From positions 1,696,001-1,760,000 of the forward strand of contig CAVSIV010000006.1 of NCBI GenBank assembly GCA_963728205.1: a DNA stretch of 64,000 nt, read 5' to 3'. Position 1 is the first letter of the stretch. Each line of letters starts with the position of its first letter. Below are positions 9,152 to 18,787 of the stretch, in pieces. Origin of the DNA: an uncultured Chloroflexia bacterium. Its GTDB lineage: Bacteria; Chloroflexota; Dehalococcoidia; UBA2979. The position numbers were made by a program, and so were the translations under genes. The notes under the pieces were generated by a model. It ran no database searches and was not told the origin of the DNA. It saw only the letters and a program-made list of their open reading frames with translations.

Positions 9152-10405
9152 ATGCCCCCCGACGCCCCGCAGGCCGAACCGCCACTCCCGCTCGCCGGCG
9201 TCCGCGTCTGCGACTTCTCGTGGATCGTCGCGGGGCCGCAGGCGACGCGCATCCTCGCGGACCTCGGCGCCGAGGTGATCAAGGTCGAGAACGAGTCCTA
9301 CCTCGACTCCATGCGCCTCGGGCTGCAGACCGACCCCGAGCACCCCTCGCTTAACGGCAGCGGCTTCTACTCGAACTTCAACCGCAACAAGCTCGGCATT
9401 ACGGCCAACATCCACCACCCGAAGGGCCGCGAGGTCGTCGAGCGGCTGATCGCGAAATCCGACGTCGTCATCGAGAACTTCAGCGCCGGCGCGTTCGAGC
9501 GCATGGGCCTCGGCTGGGAGCGCCTGCGCGTGCTCAACCCGTCGATCATCTACGTCTCGCTGTCGGGCTTCGGCCACCTCGGGCGCGACGACAGCTACGT
9601 GACGTGGGGCCCCACCGCGCAGGCCGTCTCGGGCGTGACCGCGATGTCCGGGATGCCCGACCAGCCGCCCGCGGGGTGGGGGTTCTCGTACCTCGATCAC
9701 ACCGCCGGCTACTACGGCGCGATCGCGATCCTGATGGCGCTGCTGCACCGCCGTCGCACCGGCGAGGGCCAGTACGTCGACATGTCGCAGATCGAGACCG
9801 GCATGGTGCTCGGCGGCGTGCCGATCCTCGACCGCCAGGTGAACGGTCGCGACTACGTGCGGGCCGGCAACCGCTCGCGCACCCCCGCCGTCGCGCCGCA
9901 CGGCGCCTACCGCTGCCGCGACGACGCGCTCTCCGACCGCTGGGTGGCCATCGTCGGCGAGACCGACGCGCAGTGGCGCGCGCTGTGCGACGAGCTCGGC
10001 GTGCCGGCGCTCGCCGGCGACCCGCGCTTCGCGACGAACGACGCACGCGTCGCGAACGAGGACGCGCTCGACGCCGCGCTCACCGAGCGCACGCGCGACC
10101 GCGAGGCGCCCGACCTGATGTACGCGCTGCAGGCGCGCGGCGTGCCGGCCGGCCTCTGCCAGCGCACCGACGACAAGATGGAGCGCGACCCGCAGCTGCG
10201 CGCGCGCGACTTCTACCGGTGGGCGCCCCACGCCGAGATGGGCGAGCACCGCTTCGACGGCCTGCCCATCGCGTTCTCCGACGCGCGCTGGCGGATGTGG
10301 CGCGGCGCGCCGCTGCTCGGCGAGGACACGTTCGAGGTGCTGACGCAGCTCCTCGACTACGCGCCCGAGGAGATCGCCGAGCTGCAGGGCGAGGCGGCGG
10401 TCTGA
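9152..10405 (+). CDS. CaiB/BaiF family III CoA-transferase
   Basis: PLAGVRVCDFSWIVAGP, LADLGAEVIKVE, NRNK, DVVIENF, APLLGE. Confidence 0.93.
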   Translation: MPPDAPQAEPPLPLAGVRVCDFSWIVAGPQATRILADLGAEVIKVENESYLDSMRLGLQTDPEHPSLNGSGFYSNFNRNKLGITANIHHPKGREVVERLIAKSDVVIENFSAGAFERMGLGWERLRVLNPSIIYVSLSGFGHLGRDDSYVTWGPTAQAVSGVTAMSGMPDQPPAGWGFSYLDHTAGYYGAIAILMALLHRRRTGEGQYVDMSQIETGMVLGGVPILDRQVNGRDYVRAGNRSRTPAVAPHGAYRCRDDALSDRWVAIVGETDAQWRALCDELGVPALAGDPRFATNDARVANEDALDAALTERTRDREAPDLMYALQARGVPAGLCQRTDDKMERDPQLRARDFYRWAPHAEMGEHRFDGLPIAFSDARWRMWRGAPLLGEDTFEVLTQLLDYAPEEIAELQGEAAV

Positions 10406-11679
10406 TGGCCGCGCCGGGGGCGGACGCTCCGCCGGGACCGCTCGAGGGTCTGCATGTCGTCGAGATCGGCGACGGCGGCGAGATCGCGGGCAAGCTGCTC
10501 GCCGACGCCGGCGCCGACGTCATCCGCGTCGAGCCGCCCGCCGGCGCGCGCTCGCGCCACGCCGGGCCGTTCGTCGGCGACCGGCCCGACCCGAACGCGT
10601 CGCTCGCGTTCCACGCGCGCAACACAAGCAAGCGCGCGGTCACGCTCGACGTCGCGAGCGAGCGCGGGCGCGACCTGTGGGCGCGGCTGGTCGGCTGGGC
10701 GGAGGTCGTGATCGACAGCAGCGGCCCCGGCGCACTCGACGCGCTCGGCGCGGGCCGCGACGCCTTCGCCGGCCGCGACGACCTCGTGTGGTGCTCGATC
10801 ACGCCCTTCGGCCTCACCGGGCCGTGGCGCGACTGGGCCGCGACCGACCTCGTCCAACTCGCGCTCGGCGGGCCGATGATGAGCACGGGCTACGACGACC
10901 ACGACCTCCCGCCGGTCCGCCCCGACGGCGAGCATGCGATGGCGATGTCGAACGAGTACGCCGTCTCCGCGATCCTCGCCGCGCTGTGGCTGCGCGAGGA
11001 GACCGGCCACGGCCAGCTCCTCGACGTCTCGGTGCACGAGTCGGTGAGCGCCACGACCGAGGGTTCGTTCCCGAACTGGGAGTACCTGCGCAAGGTGGTG
11101 CAGCGCCAGACCGGTCGCCACGCCGCGCCCGACGAGACCGCGCGCTGGCAATACCAGTGCGCGGACGGCGCGTACATCCTGCTGATGGGCGGCGGGATCC
11201 CGCGCGAGAAGCGCATCCTCGACGCCCTCGTCGCGTGGATCGCCGAGACCGCACCGGCGCTCGCCGACCGGCTGCGCGCGCCCGAGGTCGCGGAGGTGCT
11301 GTACGTCGACCCGCGCGCACGCCCCGAGCTGCGGCGCATGGTATCGGAGACCATCGGCGAGTTCGTGGAGACGCGGCCGGCGGAGGAGGTGTACCGCCGC
11401 GGCCAGGCGTTGCACCTGCCGTGGGGACTGGTGCGGCGGCCCGAGGAGAACCTCGACGACCCGCACTGGGACGACCGCGCCTTCTGGTGGGAGGGCGAGG
11501 TGCACAGCCACCCCGCGCCGGTCCGCTACCCCGGCGCCCCGTACCGTTTCACCGCGACGCCGGTGCGGATGCGGCGCCGCCCGCCGCTGCTCGGCGAGCA
11601 CAACCACGAGGTGTACGCCGGCCTGCTCGGCGTGCCGGCCGAGGAACTGCCCGCGCTCGCAAAGTCGGGCGCGATCTAG
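10405..11679 (+). CDS. CaiB/BaiF family III CoA-transferase (second subunit)
   Basis: TGATG overlap; GKLLADAGADVIRVEPPAG, NTSKR, ITPFGLTGP, PPLLGEHN. Confidence 0.92.
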   Translation: MAAPGADAPPGPLEGLHVVEIGDGGEIAGKLLADAGADVIRVEPPAGARSRHAGPFVGDRPDPNASLAFHARNTSKRAVTLDVASERGRDLWARLVGWAEVVIDSSGPGALDALGAGRDAFAGRDDLVWCSITPFGLTGPWRDWAATDLVQLALGGPMMSTGYDDHDLPPVRPDGEHAMAMSNEYAVSAILAALWLREETGHGQLLDVSVHESVSATTEGSFPNWEYLRKVVQRQTGRHAAPDETARWQYQCADGAYILLMGGGIPREKRILDALVAWIAETAPALADRLRAPEVAEVLYVDPRARPELRRMVSETIGEFVETRPAEEVYRRGQALHLPWGLVRRPEENLDDPHWDDRAFWWEGEVHSHPAPVRYPGAPYRFTATPVRMRRRPPLLGEHNHEVYAGLLGVPAEELPALAKSGAI

Positions 11680-11805
11680 CGGGCGGCAGACGGCCTCCGA
11701 CGCAGACGCGAACATGGGCTCGCCGTCGCCGATTGAGCAGCCCGCGTGACGGGAGTGGCGTGCTTCGAGCGGCCGCCGGGAGGCTGCCGATCGAACCGCC
11801 GTGGC

Positions 11806-11985
11806 CTACGCCGGCCGCACCAGCACGGCGAGGAAGAAGATCACGATCCCCGCGACGATCAGTCCGCCGGTGAACCGCAGGCTCAGCATGCGTCCCTGCC
11901 GCCGTCGCACCAGCCACAGCACGTCGCCCGCAAGGAAGAAGGCGATGCCGACGGCGGCGAGCAGGAGCGTGAAGAAGGTGCGCAT
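11806..11985 (-). CDS. small two-helix membrane protein, 59 aa (not in ORF track)
   Basis: MRTFFTLLLAAVGIAFFLAGDVLWLVRRRQGRMLSLRFTGGLIVAGIVIFFLAVLVRPA*. Confidence 0.65.
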   Translation of the reverse strand: MRTFFTLLLAAVGIAFFLAGDVLWLVRRRQGRMLSLRFTGGLIVAGIVIFFLAVLVRPA

Positions 11986-12079
11986 GCGGTGATGCTACCG
12001 GCTGGGCGTCATCCGCGCCGACCGATGCCGTCCACTCCCAGTGCGTGTGAGGCGAACGGCCGCGGCCGGCGCGTGCCGT

Positions 12080-12766
12080 CTACGCGACGATCGGCAGCGA
12101 GCACGCCTCCGCGAACGCGTGGAGGGCCGCGATCACGTCCTCGACCGACGCCCCGGCGCCGAGGTCGCGCACGATGCTGGCCGCGTCGGCGTGGGGGTCC
12201 AGCAGCCGCCGCGCCGTCCACGACGCCTCGCGGGCCAGCGCCGCCGCACGCGGCGCGAGCGCGTCGAGCGCGTGTTCGCCGGCGGCCGCATCGGCATCGG
12301 GGTCGGCCGCCGCGTGGGTCGCGGCGAACGCCAGCATGCGCGGCGCCCACGTCGCGCCGAGCCCGCGCACGCGGCAGAACGCCGTCAGGTCCGCGAGGTA
12401 GCCGGCGATCTCCGGGTCGGGGGGCTGCGCGGCCGCCGCCTCGTACACGCCCCGCGGGTCGTCCCACGAGAAGCGCTGCGCCGCGGCATCGACGTACTCC
12501 AGCGCGTGCTCGTACGGCGGCGGGCCCTCGTAGGTGATGCGCGCGCCGACGTCGAGTCCCGCCAGGTAGGGCATCGCGACCGGCCGCCGCACCGCCTCCG
12601 CGAGCACGTGCGCGCCGCGGGCGCGCAGCCCCGCGAGCTCCGCCGCGCAGTCGCGCCCGGCCGGCGAGCCGTCGCGCTCCAGCGCGCGCAGCAGCGCGAG
12701 CCCGCGGCTGAGCCGCTCGCCGCGCGTGCGGGCGATCGGGGCCGAGGAGCCGGGAGTGGTGGTCAT
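12080..12766 (-). CDS. hypothetical protein
   Basis: 228-aa ORF with GC3-biased codons directly downstream of pyrE; no motif recognised. Confidence 0.65.
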   Translation of the reverse strand: MTTTPGSSAPIARTRGERLSRGLALLRALERDGSPAGRDCAAELAGLRARGAHVLAEAVRRPVAMPYLAGLDVGARITYEGPPPYEHALEYVDAAAQRFSWDDPRGVYEAAAAQPPDPEIAGYLADLTAFCRVRGLGATWAPRMLAFAATHAAADPDADAAAGEHALDALAPRAAALAREASWTARRLLDPHADAASIVRDLGAGASVEDVIAALHAFAEACSLPIVA

Positions 12767-12803
12767 CGTGCGCCTGCTCAGCTCCGGGTGATCGCGGGTG
12801 CGG

Positions 12804-13367
12804 TCAGGTGATCTTGAGCGGCACGCCCTGCGCGCACAACGGGCAGCCCTCGGCGTCCCAGCTCTGCATGTCGACCTCGGTCGCCGCGAAGAACGGCAAG
12901 CCGAAGTCGGTGCGCCCAGCGGAGCGGTCGACCACCACCGCGACGCCGACCGGCTCCGCGCCGGTCGCGCGCACGGCGTCGAGCGTGTCGCGCACGGAGC
13001 CGCCCGACGTCAGCACGTCGTCGACCACGAGCACGCGCTCGCCGGGCGCCAGGTGGAAGTCGCGCTGGAACGAGCGCCCGCCGGCGTCGTCGCGTTCGGC
13101 GAAGATGCCGCGCAGGCCGAGCTGCCGGCCAATCTCGTAGGCAAGGAGGATGCCGCCCGTGGTCGGTCCGGCGACCGTCTGCGGCTGCAGCGAGCGCATC
13201 GCGTCGGCCATCTTCCGGCACACCAGCTCGGTGTAGCGCGGCCACTGCAGCAGGTTGAACTTCTCGAGGTAGCGGTCCGAGTGGCGGCCGGACGCCAGCT
13301 GGAAGTGCCCCTCCAGGAACGCGCCGGCCGACTGCAGGGCTGCGATGACCTCGGGGTCTACGGGGAT
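12804..13367 (-). CDS. pyrE: orotate phosphoribosyltransferase
   Basis: GHFQLASGRHS--Y, VLVVDDVLTSGGSV PRPP motif, CPLCAQG tail; start uncertain (ATC at 13367). Confidence 0.9.
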   Translation of the reverse strand: MPVDPEVIAALQSAGAFLEGHFQLASGRHSDRYLEKFNLLQWPRYTELVCRKMADAMRSLQPQTVAGPTTGGILLAYEIGRQLGLRGIFAERDDAGGRSFQRDFHLAPGERVLVVDDVLTSGGSVRDTLDAVRATGAEPVGVAVVVDRSAGRTDFGLPFFAATEVDMQSWDAEGCPLCAQGVPLKIT

Positions 13368-14170
13368 GCGCGCACCCCCACGCTGAGGCCCGCGACGGGC
13401 GTCGCCGCGACGCCCGCCTGGCCCTGCGACGTCGCGGGGCCGAACGGCCGGTCGTGCGTGATCATGCCGATCTTGTCGAACGGCCAGTAGCGCACGTCGG
13501 CGCGGCCGATCACGAGGTGCTCGTCGACCATCCCCCACGCGTGCGAGTCGTATGAGTTGTTGCGGTTGTCCCCGAGCACGAACAGGTCGCCCGCGGGCAC
13601 CTGCTCCGGCCCGTAGGTGTATGACGGCGAGTCGAGGATGTACGGCTCGCTGAGCATCTTGCCGTTCACGTAGACGTGCCCGCCATGGATGTCGACGGTG
13701 TCGCCCGGCAGCCCGATCACCCGCTTGATGAAGTCGCGCGACTGGTCGAGCGGGAACTTGAAGACGACGACGTCGCCGATTTCCGGCTGGCCGAAGGGGT
13801 GCCAGTCGGTCTTGTCGACGCCGGGCACCCAGGAGACGTCAAAGGTGTGGTAGGCGAGCCGGTTCACGATCAGCAGCTCGCCGTTGTGGAACGAGGGCAG
13901 CATCGACGCGCCGTCGACGACGAAGTTCTGGGCGACCGAGCGCACGGCGACGAACATGATGATCGCGAGCGCGATGACCTCGAGCGTCTCAGAGATCTGG
14001 GCGAGCCCCCAGGGCCACAGCACCTGCCCCCACGAGCGCCGCGCGGGCAGCCACGGGTCGATGTCGGCGAGGCCGGCGTGCGTGGGTGTGGGGAAGGGTT
14101 GGAGCAACGGGACGGGCTCGTCGGCGTCGGGCTGCGGGGTGGATTCGAGCATCCAGTCGAGTATATGCAC
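13358..14170 (-). CDS. lepB: signal peptidase I
   Basis: GASMLPS (catalytic Ser), DFIKRVIGLPGD (Lys), FVLGDNRNNSYDSH; start uncertain. Confidence 0.92.
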   Translation of the reverse strand: MHILDWMLESTPQPDADEPVPLLQPFPTPTHAGLADIDPWLPARRSWGQVLWPWGLAQISETLEVIALAIIMFVAVRSVAQNFVVDGASMLPSFHNGELLIVNRLAYHTFDVSWVPGVDKTDWHPFGQPEIGDVVVFKFPLDQSRDFIKRVIGLPGDTVDIHGGHVYVNGKMLSEPYILDSPSYTYGPEQVPAGDLFVLGDNRNNSYDSHAWGMVDEHLVIGRADVRYWPFDKIGMITHDRPFGPATSQGQAGVAATPVAGLSVGVRASP

Positions 14171-14195
14171 CCGGCCTGTTTACGCGCCGGAGGCC

Positions 14196-14336
14196 GGTTC
14201 GAGCCCGGAGCGGCAGCGACGGGATCGCGGGCGCCCGGGAGTTGGTTCGAGCCCGGAGCGGCAGCGACGGGATCGCGGCACCGGGCACCGGGCGCGAGCG
14301 ATCCCGTCGCTGCCGCTCCGGGCTCGAACCAACTCC
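14196..14336. repeat. REP-like family C: two direct copies plus an inverted copy
   Basis: ggttcgagcccggagcggcagcgacgggatcgc at 14196 and 14244; 14238-14276 is the reverse complement of 14298-14336. Confidence 0.85.
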
Positions 14337-14344
14337 GTGCACCT

Positions 14345-15176
14345 TCACGCTCGGCCCGCGGCGCCGAGCAGATCGATGCGGTCGGCGGCCACCTCGGCGA
14401 CGGCGGCCCGGCCGGCGCGCAGCGCGGGTCGCGGGTCGCGGCCGGTGCCCTCCTGGAGCGCGTGGGCGAACGCGGCGTGGATCTCCGTCGAGATGTTCAC
14501 CTTGCGGATGCCGGCGCGCACCGCGTCGCGCAGCTGCTCGCGGCGCACGCCGGAGCCGCCGTGCAGCACCAGCGGCAGCCCGCGCGTGGCCGCGCGCAAC
14601 TCCATCACGAGGTCCAGCCGCACGTCGCCGGCCAGCCCGTGCGCCGTGCCGACGGACACGGCGAGCGAGTCGACGCGCGTCTCCTCGACGAAGCGCCGCG
14701 CCGCGACGGGGTCGGTGAGCACCGCCTCGGACGTCGCGACGCCCGGCTCGCGCCCGCCCACGTGCCCGAGCTCCGCCTCCAGCGCGACGCCCGCCTCCAG
14801 CGCGACCACGTACGCCGCGCGCGTGTCGCGGAGGTTGCGCTCGAGCGGCGTCGTCGATCCGTCGAACATCAGCGACGTGAACCCCGCGGCCGCCGCGGCG
14901 CGCACCGTCGCGAGGATCCGGTCCGTGATCCAGATGCAGCGCGACCGGCACGCGGGCGCGCGCGGCGAGCAGTCGGCCGAGCGCCGCCGCGACGTCGATG
15001 CCGCCGATGTGCGCGAGGTTCCCTGGGTTGAACTGCAGGAAGATCGGCGCCAGCCGCGCCTCCGCCGCATCGAGCACGCCCAGCGCCAGCTCGACGTTCG
15101 ACACGTTGAAGCCTGGCACCGCGTAGCCGCCGCGCTCCGCGGCGGCGAGCAGCTCGCGCCCGTTGACCAGCGGCAC
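14345..15176 (-). CDS. class II fructose/tagatose-bisphosphate aldolase, one frameshift near 14915
   Basis: YAVPGFN, VALHLDHG in one frame; GFTSLMFDGS, EAELGHVGG, LAVSVGTAHG, LVLHGGSG, KVNISTE in the next. Confidence 0.85.
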
Positions 15177-15190
15177 CGCGGCGGCGCGCG

Positions 15191-16021
15191 CTAGCCGCGC
15201 ACGGCCGGTGCCGGCGCGGTCGCGCCGACGTAGCGCTCGAGGAACAGCGTCATCAGGTCGGCGCACTGGCGCACGAAGCGCAGGTCCGCGTCGAACCCGT
15301 GCGGCTGGTCCGCGAAGAGATGCATGTCGACCGGCACGCCGGCCGCGCGCAGCGCGTCGTACATCGACGTGCTCTGCGCGTCGGGGACGACGGCATCGGC
15401 GGTGCCGTGGATCAGCAGCGCCGGTGGGAACTCCGCGGAGACGTGCGTGAGCGGGCTGCCCTCGCGCGCGGCCGTCGTCGCGTCGGCATGGCCCGCGAAG
15501 AGGAAGTCGAACGTCGCGCTGCCGGGGCCGGCGAAGTCTGTCACGGGGTAGAACGCGACGGCCGCGGCCACGGCGGTGGAGACGCCGGGGTTCCCGCCGT
15601 CGCCCTCGAAGGCCGCGAGCCCCGGCGTGCCGGCCGCGAGCAGCGAGAGGTGGCCGCCCGCGGAGTTCCCGGTGATGGCGATGCGGTCGGGGTCGACGCC
15701 GAGCGCGTCGGCGTTCGCGCGCATCCAGCGGATCGCGGCCTTTACGTCCTGGATCTGCGCGGGCCACGGCGACTCCGGGAGCAGGCGGTACTCGATGGCC
15801 GCGCACACGACGCCGGTGCGCGCCAGGCGAATCCCGTAGCCGCGCAGCTGCGAGCGGTCGCCCTCGCGCCAGCCGCCGCCGTGCACGATCACGACGCCGG
15901 TCGCGCCGCGCGGCACCCCGCCGGGCGGGGTGAAGACGTCGCAGCGCAGGTCGCGCCCACCGCCGCGCCCGTAGACGACGCCCTCCTGGACGTCGACCAG
16001 ACCGGGGATCGCCTCGGCCAT
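15191..16021 (-). CDS. alpha/beta hydrolase (BD-FAE/HSL-like esterase)
   Basis: HGGGW, GNSAGGHL, LIHGTAD, PHGF. Confidence 0.9.
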   Translation of the reverse strand: MAEAIPGLVDVQEGVVYGRGGGRDLRCDVFTPPGGVPRGATGVVIVHGGGWREGDRSQLRGYGIRLARTGVVCAAIEYRLLPESPWPAQIQDVKAAIRWMRANADALGVDPDRIAITGNSAGGHLSLLAAGTPGLAAFEGDGGNPGVSTAVAAAVAFYPVTDFAGPGSATFDFLFAGHADATTAAREGSPLTHVSAEFPPALLIHGTADAVVPDAQSTSMYDALRAAGVPVDMHLFADQPHGFDADLRFVRQCADLMTLFLERYVGATAPAPAVRG

Positions 16022-16140
16022 CGCTCGCCTCCTTCTCGCGCCGTCGCCGGACGACGCCACACGGTAGCAGGCGCGGCGCGGCCGCGCCTGCCGGCGGGCC
16101 CCGCCCGCGGCCGCGCCTGCCGCGGGCATCCGCCCGCGGC

Positions 16141-16327
16141 GCCGCCGTCGCAAGCGGCGGCAGACATGCCGCCGATACGCCCGCGGGCATCCGCCCGCGA
16201 CGCCGCCTCCGTCACCGGGCCGGCGACGCGACGAGGGGCAGGCCCATGGCCTGCCCCTCGGAGTGGCGGGCGGACGCCCGCCTCACATCGGCGGCGTGTC
16301 TGCCGCCGCTTGCGACGGCGGCGCCGC
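16141..16327. repeat. REPIN family A copy
   Basis: gccgtcgcaagcggcggcagacatgccgccgat...atcggcggcgtgtctgccgccgcttgcgacggc. Confidence 0.8.
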
Positions 16328-16338
16328 GGGCGGGGCCG

Positions 16339-17016
16339 CTACTCCACGCGCGTGCCGCGCGAGCGGCCCGTGAACCAGAACCCGAGCACGATCACCGTGA
16401 ACACGCAGATCGCGACGAGGTCGAGCACGAAGAATCCGCTGCTCACCCCCAGCGCGAGCCCGCCGATCAGGAAGAGGTAGACGACCATCAGCAGGCCGAT
16501 CCACCCCCAGTTCGCGCGGCGCTCCGGCGGCAGCACCACCGGGCGCGGCGCGGCCTCCGGCTGCGGCGGGGGCGGCGGGATGTTCGCCGACGTGGCGACC
16601 GGTTGCCCCTCCTCGACGTAGATCACCGGCAGCTTCGTGGTGCGCTCCACGCGCTGCTGGAAGTCCATGTCGATCCAGCGCTCGGACCCCGGCGGGGGCG
16701 TGGACAGCACGACCGCGTCGAAGTCCGGGTGCTCGCGCAGCGCGTCCTCCACGGCCGCGACCGGCGAGCCCGAGCCCACCTGCGCGGCGTCGAGCGGCAG
16801 GTCGGCCTCGCGGTACATGCGCTCGGCCGCGCGCACGGCCTCGTACGCGTCCCTGCGGGCCTCCTCGATGTCGCTCGTGAACGTGTGGGAGGCGGGCGCC
16901 TCGGGCACGACGAGCGTCATCCGCGCGGCGGGGTCTTCCTTCTTGATCGTGCGGAGCTGGTCCATCAGCTCCGGGCTCGTGGCGCTCTCGTAGGCAACGA
17001 CGAGATAACGAGCCAT
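16339..17016 (-). CDS. universal-stress-protein-like domain with two C-terminal TM helices
   Basis: GAGGAG RBS; RYLVVAYES, P--AVEDAL, DAVVLST--P--RW; hydrophobic C-terminus. Confidence 0.7.
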   Translation of the reverse strand: MARYLVVAYESATSPELMDQLRTIKKEDPAARMTLVVPEAPASHTFTSDIEEARRDAYEAVRAAERMYREADLPLDAAQVGSGSPVAAVEDALREHPDFDAVVLSTPPPGSERWIDMDFQQRVERTTKLPVIYVEEGQPVATSANIPPPPPQPEAAPRPVVLPPERRANWGWIGLLMVVYLFLIGGLALGVSSGFFVLDLVAICVFTVIVLGFWFTGRSRGTRVE

Positions 17017-17230
17017 CTCTGACTCCTCTCCTGGTGCCGTCGGCGCGCGGGATCGCGGCGCCGGCCGGCGGGATGTGACACCTCTCGGGGGGCGGCGGCG
17101 CGGCCGGCGTCTCGCGGAGGTGCCTCTGATTCGAGGGTAACAACGGGGGGCGAGCGCCCCGCCGCGCCGCGCGCGGGCGTCCACGGCGTCAACGGGTTCG
17201 GACAAGCGGCATCGTCGGTACCATCAACCG

Positions 17231-17845
17231 ATGCCCGAGACCTACACCGGCGAGCCCGACGTCGACGCGCTCGTGCGCCGCGCCCAGGCCGGCGAGCTGC
17301 CCGCGTTCAACGCGCTCGTCCTGCGCTACCAGGACCCGCTGTTCGGCCTCGCGCTGCGCATGCTCGGCTCCCGCGATGCCGCGGAGGACGCGACGCAGGA
17401 GGCGCTGATCCGCGCCTACCGCCGCATCGACACGTTCCGCGGCGGCAACTTCCGCTCGTGGCTGTTCTCGATCGTCGCGAACCAGGCGCGCGACGAGCTG
17501 CGCCGGCGTGGCCGCCGCCCCGCGCTCTCGCTCGACTACGGCCGCGACGACCCCGATCGCCCCACGCTCGACCCGCCCGACACCGACCCGTCGCCCGAGG
17601 CGCGCGCCGAGCAGTCCGACCTGCGCCGCACCCTCGAGGAGGCGCTGCAGCGCCTGCCGCACGACTGGCGCGAGGTGGTGCTGCTCGTCGACGTGCACGG
17701 CCTCGCGTACGAGGAGGCGGCGGCCAGCGTCGGCCTGCCGGTGGGCACCGTGAAGTCGCGGCTGAGCCGCGCGCGCAGCCGGCTGCGCGACCTCCTGCGA
17801 GAGGCCGGGGAACTCCCCGCCCGCGTCCAGCGTCAGGAGACGTAG
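17231..17845 (+). CDS. ECF sigma-70 factor
   Basis: AEDATQEA, FRSWLFSI, YEEAA---GLPVGTVKSRLSRAR. Confidence 0.93.
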   Translation: MPETYTGEPDVDALVRRAQAGELPAFNALVLRYQDPLFGLALRMLGSRDAAEDATQEALIRAYRRIDTFRGGNFRSWLFSIVANQARDELRRRGRRPALSLDYGRDDPDRPTLDPPDTDPSPEARAEQSDLRRTLEEALQRLPHDWREVVLLVDVHGLAYEEAAASVGLPVGTVKSRLSRARSRLRDLLREAGELPARVQRQET

Positions 17846-17854
17846 GTGGGACCG

Positions 17855-18685
17855 ATGCGAGGATGGCGACGGATCTTCGGAAGAGGTGCGGCAGGGGAGC
17901 CGCCGGCGACGCCCGACGAGGCGCGCGCCGAGCAGCTCTCTGCGTACCTCGACGACGAGCTGTCGCCGTCCGAGCGAGCGGAGGTCGAGGCCGCCCTGGC
18001 GGGCGACGCCGAGCTCCGCGATCGGCTCGAGGACCTGCGCGCGGTGCGCGTGGCGCTGCGGTCGCTCGCCGCGGTGCGAGCCCCGCGGTCGTTTGCGCTC
18101 ACGGCGCCGCCGGTGCAACGGCGCGGCATGCCGCGGCTCGAGCTGGCGACCCGGGTCGCGACGGCGGCGGTGGCCGCGGCGTTCGTCGTCGCGCTCGTGC
18201 TGCCGGGCGGTGGGCGGTCGGAGACCGTGACCAGCGCGCCGGCGGGCGGCTTCGGCGCCGCGTCGAAGGCGGCCGCGCCCGCGACGGCGACGCCGGGCAT
18301 GCGCACGTTCGCCGCGCCGGCGCCGCAGCTCGCGACGCCGCCGGCGGCCGCGCCGACCGGTTCGGCATCGCGAGCGGCGACGCTCGCGGCGTCGACGGCG
18401 TCGACGGCGCCGACGGCGCCCGAGGCGGCCACGGCCACGCCGGCCGGTCCGGAGGCGCGCGCCGGGCTGGCGCCACGGGCGACGCCGGGCACGGCGAACG
18501 ACGCGGCCGGCGCCACGCAGGCGCTGCAGGCGCCGACCGAGGCGCCGCTGCCGGCCAACGTCGCGTCGCCGCAGTCGCCGGACCACGGCGAGCGGCGGCT
18601 GATCACGGTCGGGCTCGGCGCGCTGACGGTGCTGCTCGCGGCGCTGTCGGCCGGCGAGTGGATCGTGCGCCGCGCGCGGTCGTAG
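17855..18685 (+). CDS. anti-sigma factor (no zinc ligands) with TM helix and Ala/Pro/Thr-rich linker
   Basis: EQLSAYLDDELS--ER--VE; immediately after ECF sigma. Confidence 0.8.
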   Translation: MRGWRRIFGRGAAGEPPATPDEARAEQLSAYLDDELSPSERAEVEAALAGDAELRDRLEDLRAVRVALRSLAAVRAPRSFALTAPPVQRRGMPRLELATRVATAAVAAAFVVALVLPGGGRSETVTSAPAGGFGAASKAAAPATATPGMRTFAAPAPQLATPPAAAPTGSASRAATLAASTASTAPTAPEAATATPAGPEARAGLAPRATPGTANDAAGATQALQAPTEAPLPANVASPQSPDHGERRLITVGLGALTVLLAALSAGEWIVRRARS

Positions 18686-18787
18686 CCCGGCCGGGGCGCC
18701 GGGACCCGCGTCGAGCGGTCATCCGCGGCGCGGGACCTGCGCCTCTCGCGCGCCGGTTCGTCCCACCTCAACCTGGGGTCGAGTCCG

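Noticed and set aside
14196-14336. tRNA genes suggested by GGTTCGA motifs
   Set aside because: No cloverleaf can be formed; the motif is part of the repeat. No tRNA or rRNA was found in the window
14345-15176. Programmed frameshift or pseudogene in the aldolase (and hemC)
   Set aside because: Single extra C without a slippery site, all catalytic motifs intact; sequencing error is more likely
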